A stretch of 56,383 nucleotides of DNA, counting the filler, from Malassezia furfur (lineage: Eukaryota): the NCBI GenBank assembly GCA_052055015.1. It is 3 parts of 3 records of this genome, joined end to end, with 100 filler letters (N's around TTAATTAATTAA, not from the genome) between each part and the next. Parts side by side here need not be neighbours in the genome. Positions count along the whole stretch, not along the records: positions 37,687 to 56,383 come from JBQJIT010000205.1; 2 more parts are not named here. One strand, written 5' to 3'. The number at the start of each line of letters is the position of its first letter. The first letter of the stretch is position 1. Shown here piece by piece: positions 43,048-52,663 of the stretch. A program made the translations under genes and the position numbers. The notes under the pieces were generated by a model. That model was not told where the DNA came from. It made no database searches and saw only the letters and a list, made by a program, of their open reading frames with translations.

Positions 43048-43598
43048 ATGGTGCAAACGACGTGGGCCGCGTATGTCGCTGCGGCGCTCCTCGCGCTCTC
43101 TGGCACTGTTCACGCACAGTCGTCGTCGTCTGTGCCGTCGTCCATGGCACCGGTGTCGAAGCCGACCGCGTCCTCGAACGGCGTTTCCGGCTGCGTCCAG
43201 TTCGGCGACTGGTACGTTGGGGAACACCCTACTGACTCTTCAGCACTACGGGCGCCAACACGTACAAGACCGAGACGCAGTACTCGCCTGTCGTCTCGCC
43301 TGCATCGCACAGCGTGCCGGACATCACCGGCTCAGCTGCTAGCAGCTCTTACGTCAACTCACTCGCCGCCGCCGGCGCCAGCGAAGCGTACGCGTCCAGC
43401 CCCTTTCAAGGCTCGACAACCGCCGCGCCCGCACCCACTACGGTTGTGTTTGATTCAGTAACCAAGTCGGGCGGACAGGAAGTCACCACGTCCGTCGTGA
43501 ACTCTGACAGCACCAACGGCGCAAGCATGCGCCAGGCCGCTCCCCTCTTTGTTGTCGCGGCCGTGGCAGTTGTCGGCGGCGGTGCTTTGGTCTTGTAG
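43048..43598 (+). CDS. Small secreted Ser/Thr-rich, probably GPI-anchored surface protein
   Basis: Signal peptide MVQTTWAAYVAAALLALSGTVHA, CVQFGDC across intron 43212-43243, omega-like STNGA followed by a hydrophobic tail. Confidence 0.8.
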
Positions 43599-43843
43599 TA
43601 GTAGTACTGGGATTTATCTGCGTCCATGCTGGAGTGCGTGCTATAAGCGTACACACGCGCCGGACCACGCCACACCGCGCCACGCCGGCTGCAACGCATG
43701 CATCATGCATCGAGCCGGCCTTTGATTGAAAGACACGCGTCATGCCAAAAGCACCAAACACGCACTTCGAGACCCAATCCTACTACCTTTTGAGAGGCCC
43801 AAACGGGACTTGAAAGCTAGCAACCTACAACACGCGGATGCAC

Positions 43844-44782
43844 TTAGTCGAACAGACCGAAGCCCATGTCCTCGTCCGACTCCTCCTCCTCCTTGGGAGC
43901 CTCCTCCTTGGCGGCCTCGGCAGCCGGAGCGCTGCTGGCAGCAGCGGCAGGGGCAGCAGCAGCGAACGCCTCGGGGTTGGCGATGCGCTCCTTGATCTGC
44001 TCCGAGCCCTCGAACGTGTAGTCCGTGGCGATCGACACGGCGAGCACGTTCTTGTACGAGTTGACAAGCGAGTGCAGCACCGACACGATCGTAGGGAAGT
44101 TGATCGCGAGCGAGATCGAGGCGACCTGCTTGACACCGGTCATGAAGCGGCCAATCAGCTCGTCCTCGCTGACGTCCAGGACGTTCGAGTCGAAGACCTC
44201 GCCCTTGTCGTAGATCTGCACAACCGTCATACCGTAGGTGAACGGCGAGATGTTGAGCAAGTTCAGCAGGGTAGCCTCCGAAGTACCGACACGGTTGCCG
44301 GCCTCCACGACCTTGACGTCCGAGACAATCTCAATCGTACCACGGGCAATCTTGGTGGGCACACCAAGAGCCTGGAAGAACGAGGTCTTGCCGGGCTCCA
44401 TACCGGTGTTGCCGGCCGACACGTAAATGTCACCGGGGGCGTACGCACCGGCACGCGCGGGAGCACGCACACGGTTGTCCAGGATCTTGGTGCGGACGCC
44501 CTTCAGGTCACCGTTGGTGAACACGAAGCCGATGTTGCCGCGGATGAACGGCACCAGCTTCTCGAGCTCAGGGCGCTCCGAGATCACCATGCGCAGCGCA
44601 CGGCGCACCATGGTGTTCTTGCCCATGAGCACAACACCCTCACCGCGCAGCGAGGCACGGATCTGGTGCATCTGCTGCGAGCTGACGTTGTCGATGTTCA
44701 CGATGAAGATCGACGAGAACGTGTCGATCAGCTCGCTGAGCTTCGCGAACCAGGCCTCCTTCGAAGCACGAGTAACACCCAT
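43844..44782 (-). CDS. RPP0: 60S acidic ribosomal protein P0 (uL10)
   Basis: VDNVS-type motif ([13 protein letters not shown]), [12 protein letters not shown]-terminal [13 protein letters not shown]; intronless. Confidence 0.98.
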   Translation of the reverse strand: MGVTRASKEAWFAKLSELIDTFSSIFIVNIDNVSSQQMHQIRASLRGEGVVLMGKNTMVRRALRMVISERPELEKLVPFIRGNIGFVFTNGDLKGVRTKILDNRVRAPARAGAYAPGDIYVSAGNTGMEPGKTSFFQALGVPTKIARGTIEIVSDVKVVEAGNRVGTSEATLLNLLNISPFTYGMTVVQIYDKGEVFDSNVLDVSEDELIGRFMTGVKQVASISLAINFPTIVSVLHSLVNSYKNVLAVSIATDYTFEGSEQIKERIANPEAFAAAAPAAAASSAPAAEAAKEEAPKEEEESDEDMGFGLFD

Positions 44783-44993
44783 TGTTAGTTTTGTTGTTTG
44801 GTTAGACGGTTTGTAGTAGTTTTGTGGCCCTTCCTAGCACCTCGCTCCGCGGGTTGAAAGGAAAATTTAAAGGGATGGAGAGACGTAGCGGCCGCCGCGG
44901 CGGAACCGTTTTCTTCGCGCAACTATAATTGACACGTGACCTTTCCTTCGCGCCACGTGGCTACGCACAGACGACGACATCGTATGCCAGGGC

Positions 44994-46868
44994 ATGCGTG
45001 CGTGGGCGCCGTGGGTCGCGTACAATCCGCGCAAGATCCAGCAGGCGACCGGGCTGGCACGCTGGGGTCGACGAAGCGTCGTCCAAACCCGGCAGCCACG
45101 GCTGCCGCGTGCGGTGCGCGCAGTGCATGACACACTGCTGTCGCGCATGCAGCTTCCTACGACGGATGCGCCGGTGCCCCGCGTAGAGCCAGCGCCGCGC
45201 GCACCAACGACCTCGCTGTGGTCCCTCACATTGCATCCTGATGTCCAGACACGATTTGTGCGGCAGGCGACGAAGCACTTAGCCGCAGGAAAGAGCCTCC
45301 GCGCCGCAACCGAGGCAGCCGCGCCGGCCTTCGCCCAGCTCGATGGCACCGACGGCGCCGCGCGGCGCGAAGAGCTCCAGTGCATGCTCCTCTCACGCGT
45401 CGTCTCGCAGCGCTTGCTTTCATTGTCGCGCATCAGTGCGGCATGGTACCCCGATGACGCTTTCGACTCCACACTGCACTACGTTCCGCCCGATGCGGCG
45501 CAGGAGCTGCGCCGCTTCCAGCGCGCCTCGTTGTACCGCCTCTTTCGCGCCCAAATAGAGGCGCGAAGATTGTATGCCGCTGCATGTGTGCTTCACGACC
45601 GTCGGCTGCGTCCCGCACAGCCCAAGCACCTGCTCGCAACATTGCTGACCCACACCGCACGGCTTCGCACCTTGCCGCCGCTCGCCGTCGACCCACAGCA
45701 GTCGGCGCGTGTCGCATTGCGCCAGGCATGTGCGGCCATGGAAGCGCGCCCACCGCAGACACTGCGTGGGTCCGTGGCAGTCAGTATGCTGCACCAGCTC
45801 GCAGCGCTGCACATGTATTCGACGCTCCTCCGCTGGGCACGTGTCTTGACCCAGACGCACGTCACAGACATGGACCCGCACGCGCTCACGCGGATCGTGC
45901 AGCAGCTGTGCCACGAGGAAATGTATGCCGAGGCGTATACGTTCGTGCAAACCCTGCCGCTCGCTTGGCGCACGCCCGGAATGTACCCTCCGCTCGTCAG
46001 CCACTATGCCAATGTAATGCTCGACTCGAACGGACTCGTTCAGTCGGCCCTCCCAACCCCCGATACCCGCTTGTGGCACGAGCTGTGCACGGTGGCGCAC
46101 CTGGCGCCCCCCGGTGCGCCTGCGTACCTTGCACGGCTTGCGTCACATGCCAAAAAGGCGCGCGCGCTGCATGCGCTGCGCGACGAGCGGCTTGTGCGGC
46201 GCGTGTGCAGCGACGACGCTTCAGTGTGTGCCGCTGCATCCCTCTACACACTGCGTGCGCTCGTGCGCGCTGGCCGTTGGAGCCTGGCGGTGCGCTATGC
46301 ACGCCGGTGCCTTCGGCGGGATGGGCCGCCGCCAAATGCGACCGCGTGGCTGAATACGCTGGTGGGCGGCTTGGTCCGGGCACGGCGCACACGCACATCG
46401 ACACCCGAGCAGCGGCGCCACCTGCTCTCGTACCTGTACCGTGCTGTGTTGCGTCCCGTTCCGGTGCACAGTGCGCGGCGGCTGCCGTATATTACGTCGC
46501 AGTCTGGGACGCTCGATCCGCTCGTCGATGCGATCTCGCAGCTGATTCCCGCGCTACATGCACGCCCCAACCGCACGACCCTCCTGCTGTTGATCCGCGC
46601 AGCCGCGCAGTGGGGCGAAAACTTGGATTCTCGAGCCCTGCGGCGCATGGCTCAGTTGATTCTTCCGGAAGGAAGACAGCTTCATACCCTCACGGATACC
46701 CCGAGCGCCATCCAAGGTGCTCTCCTTGTAGAGCTCGCCGCCGCATTTGCGCGGCGCGCCGACCACCGCAGCGCGCGTCGGGCGCACTTTCTGGCACGCC
46801 AGAAGCGTCGCCGCGTGCGTCGGTCGACGGGCCTTGCGCCGCGGGCTTTGCCTCCACATCGTTCGTAG
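44994..46868 (+). CDS. Hypothetical helical-repeat (degenerate PPR-like) protein, probably mitochondrial
   Basis: 624-aa ORF with an Arg-rich N-terminus and PPR-like snippets (TPGMYPPLV, PNATAWLNTLV, PNRTTLLLLIRAA). Confidence 0.55.
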   Translation: MRAWAPWVAYNPRKIQQATGLARWGRRSVVQTRQPRLPRAVRAVHDTLLSRMQLPTTDAPVPRVEPAPRAPTTSLWSLTLHPDVQTRFVRQATKHLAAGKSLRAATEAAAPAFAQLDGTDGAARREELQCMLLSRVVSQRLLSLSRISAAWYPDDAFDSTLHYVPPDAAQELRRFQRASLYRLFRAQIEARRLYAAACVLHDRRLRPAQPKHLLATLLTHTARLRTLPPLAVDPQQSARVALRQACAAMEARPPQTLRGSVAVSMLHQLAALHMYSTLLRWARVLTQTHVTDMDPHALTRIVQQLCHEEMYAEAYTFVQTLPLAWRTPGMYPPLVSHYANVMLDSNGLVQSALPTPDTRLWHELCTVAHLAPPGAPAYLARLASHAKKARALHALRDERLVRRVCSDDASVCAAASLYTLRALVRAGRWSLAVRYARRCLRRDGPPPNATAWLNTLVGGLVRARRTRTSTPEQRRHLLSYLYRAVLRPVPVHSARRLPYITSQSGTLDPLVDAISQLIPALHARPNRTTLLLLIRAAAQWGENLDSRALRRMAQLILPEGRQLHTLTDTPSAIQGALLVELAAAFARRADHRSARRAHFLARQKRRRVRRSTGLAPRALPPHRS

Positions 46869-46876
46869 CGCCCAGC

Positions 46877-47857
46877 ATGTCTTCCTTTAAGGTGCGCCTG
46901 CGTGTACCCCCCAACGGCGGCTCTAAGAGTCCGTCAGAGGGAACCGAGGCGGCAACAGCACCCGCGGAACTCCCGTCCGAGGCCACGAGCGAGCGCAGCA
47001 CGCCCGTGGCCCAGGAGCCCGGCACACCCACGCATGCTGACACAAGCCGCCAGCCAAGCGTCGACTCCGCGGTCGAGATGCAGCGCGCGTCGAGCAACGA
47101 TCCACCACAGAGCGACACGTCGCAGACACAGTCACCCGCACCCGATTCCAAGCCTGCCAAGAAGGCGGCCAAGTCACGACGCTCGATGATGCCCAATTCT
47201 ATCTCTGCAGTTGCTGCATCGCTGACACTCGAAGAGCTCGACGCCCTACCCTCCGCAAAGCGGCGCAAGAGTCTTAAGACGCGTGGTGCACCAGGACCCG
47301 GCCGCGGTTGGCGTAAGGGACTGTCCAAGGGCCAAAAGCCCGTCTACCGGCTGCCGGACATGGACCTGAGCACCGCCGATGTCCGCCACGACCCAGACAA
47401 GATGCCGGTGCAGGCCACCACGCCGTCGTCGTTTGCAGGCTCGAGCTCATCCAGTCGCAAAGCCAAGAGCAGCTCGTCTGCGAGCAAGAGCATCGAGAGC
47501 GTCCCGCTGGTTTCGGCGACAATCCGCGTCTTGCCCAACTCGGCTGATGCCGTATTCAAGTACCCTCCCATGCCCAGCCTCAAGGATGCGCCCTCGCTGC
47601 TCCCGCTTCCCCGCATACCCAACGTCATTCCGACTATTGTACCATTGCAAAAGTCGGACCTGAAGCCGCGGCATTGGCAGCATGGCCAGCGCGAGATCCT
47701 CAACATTGCCGGGCGCTCGTGGCGCGCCCCAGCGTGGCTTACCGAGGAAAAGGCAGCATCGTCGGCTACGGACGTGAATGAACCAGACGACAGTAATGAG
47801 GCTATGGCAGATACCTCGATCGCGCCTTCGGAGGCCGACGCGGATGGCAAGGCATAA
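46877..47857 (+). CDS. INO80 complex subunit Ies4-like
   Basis: MSSFKVRLRV start, basic GPGRGWRKG, C-terminal PRHWQHGQREILNIAGRSWRAPAW. Confidence 0.6.
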   Translation: MSSFKVRLRVPPNGGSKSPSEGTEAATAPAELPSEATSERSTPVAQEPGTPTHADTSRQPSVDSAVEMQRASSNDPPQSDTSQTQSPAPDSKPAKKAAKSRRSMMPNSISAVAASLTLEELDALPSAKRRKSLKTRGAPGPGRGWRKGLSKGQKPVYRLPDMDLSTADVRHDPDKMPVQATTPSSFAGSSSSSRKAKSSSSASKSIESVPLVSATIRVLPNSADAVFKYPPMPSLKDAPSLLPLPRIPNVIPTIVPLQKSDLKPRHWQHGQREILNIAGRSWRAPAWLTEEKAASSATDVNEPDDSNEAMADTSIAPSEADADGKA

Positions 47858-47858
47858 T

Positions 47859-48679
47859 TTAGACAGACTCGGGCAGATCGAACCTGAATGAGTAGACGTC
47901 ACGTACTTGTCGGGCTGGTTGAGAATCACGAACTGCTCCTTGAACATCAGCTCGCGGTTCACCTTGTAGCCGTTTTTGAGAGTGCGCGAACGCAGCGCCA
48001 TCGCGAGCTCGATCGACTTCTTCAACGTGCCCTCCGAACCTTCGTAGCCAGGCCCGTCGGCAATCACGTCAATTAGCTTATGCTGCAGCGCCTCCTTTGC
48101 ACCAAACCGGTGGCCCTCAAGCACAATCTTGCGGATGACCGTAGGCTCGTTGGTCACAGTGCGAAGGACCGCCATCATACCATTCGGCACCGGAGCGCCA
48201 AACTCGATTTCATTCAGGCAGAGATAACCCTTCTTGCCGTTCTGCACACGGTAGTCGTGCGCAGCAGCCAATGTGAAGCCACCAGCAAATGCATGACCAC
48301 CAACCGACGCTACAGTGGGAATAGGAAGCGAGAGAAGCTCCTTGAACATGACGTTGAGGTAGTCGTCGAAGAAGGTGGGATCGGCAATGGCATTCATCAG
48401 GTCCAGGCCGTTGGAGAAAATCTTGTTGCTCGGAAGCGCCGTAGTTACCAGCGCGGATCCTTCACCGACATTACCCTCTTTGACCCACTGGGCCCACATC
48501 TTCTGCACCTGTTGGCACGCGGGCACAATTCCCTCCCGAATAAACTCGTGCGTGAGACGGTTGTCGGGAGTCTGCTCGCCAAGCAGGTACAGCACAAAGA
48601 TGCGTGTCTGCGGATCAAAGTCCAGGCGGACCAAAGGAATGTTGTCCTTCTTCGTAGCAAACGTCGTCGACTCTACCAT
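47859..48679 (-). CDS. Enoyl-CoA hydratase/delta3-delta2 isomerase (crotonase fold)
   Basis: PDNRLT, KIFSNGLDL, LPIPTVASVGGHAFAGG, LCLNEIEFG. Terminal intron 47884-47906 gives DKFDLPESV*. Confidence 0.88.
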
Positions 48680-48850
48680 GGTGGCTTCCGTTGGCTTTAC
48701 CCCGGATTCACGCCGGCCAGACTGGAGAATAGCCGGGCCACGTGGCCTTTGACATCTCACAGGCGAGGAGGCGCTGAAGGCGTGGGTTCTATTGGTGGGC
48801 GAATCGGGGATTCATTTGCGTGCTCCTAGGCCATCTATAGATTGTATGGA

Positions 48851-50028
48851 TTACTCAGTGAGACCTTCAATGTCTGGTAACCAGAACGCGACTTGCCCGC
48901 TCGCGGTGCAAAATTCTGTGTCAGATATGGCGACGTACGAGCGCATTTTGGATTGAAAGCAACGACACGCGATGGACCCTCGTGACCGTTAAGGAGACCA
49001 CTGGGGCGCAGCGTTGTTGTTGTTTCAGGCGCCGTCTCAGGGAGAGCCCAGATACATAGTTGTCCAGTCGATGAGCCGGAGAGGACCATACGGCCGTCAG
49101 GTGTCCAGCACGCCTCTTGCCCACTAATGCCCGCCTGCGGCACCATCCCCACGCCTCTTCCAGATGCTTGCTCAAGGCCGACATGACCCACGAGCCGGTA
49201 GAGTAGTTTGCCTGAGAAGGAGTCAACAATATAGTGCACGTCACCCGCAGTGCCCACCAAAACAAACTGGCCGGACTGGTTGAAGCTCAGCGAAGTGATC
49301 ACTGGAATCCTCGGTGGCATTGAAATCTGGGAGAGCGCCGCCGTGTCATCAATCGTGATCATCAAAAAAGGGTCGCAATCAAATTTCCGCACGTCGTATA
49401 GCAGAACGGCATTGCGCTCATTCAATGCAATGGCGAACACAGCGCCGGTAGGGTCGTACGTCACAACCGGGTGTCCGCGTACGCGCAATTGTCCTTGAGC
49501 CTCGGGGCTACGCAGGTCCCAAAACCGCACCGCATCGTCCACAGCCCCAGAGAGGAAGGTGTCGTCGACCGGCGACATTTCCAGAGAGACAACCCTACGT
49601 CAGTCCAGATGCATACCGTCTCTTGTGCCCTCGGAAATACTGTAGATACTTGTTGTCGTGCAAAGAATGGTAGCGGATCGTGTCTGGGTGAGATTCGCAC
49701 GTACCATCTTCTTTGGTCGACGCGTAAACGATCGCAGATGCACGGTGGGTGAACCGCGCCAGGTGCACACCGTATTTCTTGCTATAGAGCGACTTGATGT
49801 GCCTGTGTTAGTGCGCGCAACCTACCGCCCTGTGCGGCTGTTGTATAGCTGAATGGTCTCGTCGTTGGACGCCGTGACTAACAACTCGCCACGATCATCA
49901 TAGTCGACGCTCGTAACTTGGCAGTCATGCTGTACAAAGTCGTGGAACACCTTCGCAGGGCGAAAGCTGCTCACAAGCTCGAGAGAGAGCGGCAACGCGC
50001 CGTTCGGCACGTCGCGAGCTTCGCTCAT
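48851..50028 (-). CDS. SWD2: WD40 subunit Swd2/WDR82 (COMPASS and CPF)
   Basis: [40 protein letters not shown]. Introns 49803-49825, 49595-49616 and 48916-48938. Confidence 0.93.
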
Positions 50029-50057
50029 CGTCGCGCGAGATTCTCGAAATTGAGGAA

Positions 50058-51198
50058 TTATGGAGGGCTACTAAAAAATTGGGCCATGGCCGTCTCGAAT
50101 GGTGCATGGTGCAGTGCATAGTCAGGCACGCGCTCGCCAAACGCGCTCGCGGCCTTCCTCCGTGTTGAGTTGCGGCGCTGGTTTGTCGTGGTAGTGGGGT
50201 ATACTGTGCCATCCGCACGTGGGAGATTGTCCTGTGCAGCAAGCTCGGCGAGAGAGGGACCCATGCGCTGGTGTAAGAGGGGTTTGGGACGCATAGGGGA
50301 CGCGCGCTCTCCGAGTGCTTTTGTGCTTTCCTTGACCACACGCGGTACTTGGGTGGGGGTATGTTGGGAGAGAGGAGTGGGCGCGCGAGTCGGTCGTTTG
50401 ACGTAGTCGGTATCTGGGTCGTGTTTTGCTTCGGACGGTAAAAGTTTGTTGTAGCGAGCAAGGGTAGCTTTGGCATCTGCGAGTAGTTCGGCATGCAAGG
50501 CGGTAAGATGCGCGGTGAGTTCGTTCTCGCTCCGGGGCGGTTTGTCGTGCTGGGCATCCAACGACGCCAACATCGGTACAAGGAGCGCGATATCCACCTG
50601 CTCCAAACTGTCGATGCGCGCAAGCAGCTTTTGTCGATCACGAACCAAGTTCTCTTTCTCTTGTTTGCGCAGTTTCTTCTCGGCTCGTTCGTGTCGAAGA
50701 TGGCGTGCCAAGTAGACTTCGTCAGAAGTGTCATACTGTGTGAATTCCGGCAACGTACCACCGGCGTCGAAACGCCACGCGTCTTTCCGAGACTTGCAGG
50801 TGCATCCGCAGCATGGAACTCGGGTGTTTCCACCTCTTTCATCGCCGCACATTCGCGGGCCTTCTCAGGGTCGGAAAGGTATGCAAGGATCGCTTGAACG
50901 CGTGCAGAGGCATCAGGGATTTGTGCGCTTGGTCCATCAGACCCGGCTGCATCGTCCAAAACCAGGACCGTGTTTCCAGGTAGAAAAGGATTGTCTGCAT
51001 GAGCATTAAATGCATACCCTGTGACATGCGGGGAGGTGGATTAAGCAGCATCTCGATGTCTCCTTGCCCTCCCGCCAGGAGACGCGACTCGATCTGTGAC
51101 CGACGTAGAGACCGAGCGCGTTTGGGTGGTATGGCGGCGCTTGGGGCCCGCGACGGCGCGCTTTGCGGGGTCGCGCGAGGCGACGGTTCCCCGGGCAT
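50058..51198 (-). CDS. PEHE/Sas4-like domain protein (putative MYST acetyltransferase complex subunit)
   Basis: VETPEF...DTSDEVYLARHLRHERAEKKLRKQEKE. Three reading frames joined by introns 50995-51017 and 50736-50758. Confidence 0.65.
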
Positions 51199-51281
51199 CA
51201 AATTGGGAGTGCGCAATTTTGCGGCCCTGCGCAAATCGGGGCGAATTGTGTCAGCAATCCGTCCCACACTTGGCACACGAC

Positions 51282-52322
51282 ATGGTCATTTGCAAGCGAC
51301 GCGGTTGCGGTGCAGACTTCAACCCTGATGATCCGGCCCAGGGTGGGGAGTGTAAGTACCACCCTGGTGCACCCGTCTTCCACGAGGGTTTGAAATCCTG
51401 GTCTTGCTGCAAGGAGACCAACAAGCCAGTAATGGAATTCGACCAATTCTTGGCCCTCCCGGGTTGTGCCACCGCGCCCACGCACACAACCGAGAAGCAG
51501 GAGCCAGCACCGACGCAGGTTCCTGGCGGAAAGGTAAAAGACACCTCTGCGGATGTCAAACAGACCACGGATGCTCTCAATGATGTCCAGCTTAATGAAA
51601 GTGCACCGCCCAAGCCAGCCGCCAAGACGCCGACAGTGCCCGGGCGCGCTCCCATCGCACCTTCGGCAGCCCCCAAGCCGAGTGCGCCAAAAGAGCCCGA
51701 GCCGGAGGCGCAGGACCCGCTCTCTATGCAGTCTGTACCCTCGGGTGCGAAATGCCACCGCCGCGCCTGCAACTACACTGCTGAGACCGGAATTGCCCAG
51801 CGCGATCGCTCGAAAGAAGAGTGCAGGTACCACCCTGGTACGCCCATTTTCCACGAAGGGTCAAAAGGCTACACATGCTGCAAGCGACGTGTCCTCGACT
51901 TTGACGATTTCCTCCAAATTGCCCCGTGCACGAAAGCGGAGCACGGTCATCTGTTCGTGCCCCCCACGCCGGCGAGTGGCGAGCTGGTGCAATGCCGTTT
52001 GGACCACTATGAAACACCAGACGATGTGCGTATTACCGTGTATGCCAAGGCAGTGGATGCTGCCAAGTCCTTGGTAGACATCCAGACGGACCAGGTCCGC
52101 CTGGATCTTCATCTCGATCCGGTGGGGTCCATCACCCATGCGCGCCGGTTCGAGAAGACGCTACTGCCCTATTCCGAAGTGGACCCTGAAAAGTCTTCGT
52201 ATACCATCGGCAAGATGAAGCTGGACCTCGTTCTGGTCAAGCGGTCTCCGGGCCAAAGTTGGCCGGCGTTGGAACGTGGCGATCCTGTGCATGGGTACGG
52301 CGTTACCTTCGGCAATAAGTAG
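51282..52322 (+). CDS. CHORD-CHORD-CS Hsp90 co-chaperone (Chp1/CHORDC1-like)
   Basis: CKRRGCG...CKYHPGAPVFHEGLKSWSCC, a second CHORD CRYHPGTPIFHEGSKGYTCC, and a CS domain. Confidence 0.93.
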   Translation: MVICKRRGCGADFNPDDPAQGGECKYHPGAPVFHEGLKSWSCCKETNKPVMEFDQFLALPGCATAPTHTTEKQEPAPTQVPGGKVKDTSADVKQTTDALNDVQLNESAPPKPAAKTPTVPGRAPIAPSAAPKPSAPKEPEPEAQDPLSMQSVPSGAKCHRRACNYTAETGIAQRDRSKEECRYHPGTPIFHEGSKGYTCCKRRVLDFDDFLQIAPCTKAEHGHLFVPPTPASGELVQCRLDHYETPDDVRITVYAKAVDAAKSLVDIQTDQVRLDLHLDPVGSITHARRFEKTLLPYSEVDPEKSSYTIGKMKLDLVLVKRSPGQSWPALERGDPVHGYGVTFGNK

Positions 52323-52356
52323 CTAAAATACAAAAATAAAGAAACCGTGTGCATGG

Positions 52357-52616
52357 TTATTGTGTTTCTTGGGTAGGAGGAGGACCACTCGCGCTGGATT
52401 CGGTGCCGTGCACGAGTTCTGTGTGAGTCAACAACACGCACCTTGAATGGACGCTTCGAGCGCGTCAATACGATCCGCCATTTCGTTCACTGCATTAGTT
52501 TGTCACATACTTCGGTTCTCAACCTGCTTGTTGCGCTCGTTGAGCCGCGTCTCGACTTGTGTAAGCAGCGCGTCGACCCAATTCCCCAACTGCTGCGGTG
52601 TGGTAATCTGGCTCAT
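52357..52616 (-). CDS. HSBP1: Heat shock factor binding protein 1 (71 aa), not in ORF track
   Basis: Spliced MSQITTPQQLGNWVDALLTQVETRLNERNKQVENR|MNEMADRIDALEASIQ|ELVHG... using introns 52490-52510 and 52419-52441. Confidence 0.85.
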
Positions 52617-52663
52617 GGTCGCGCAGTGGAGGGCATTGGCACGTGGCTCGTTCTTCTTCCACG

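Noticed and set aside
47856..47906. SKL tripeptide in the intron-retained frame of the enoyl-CoA isomerase (cryptic PTS1?)
   Set aside because: SKL is followed by TGC, not a stop, so it is not C-terminal. The spliced form ends in ESV*.
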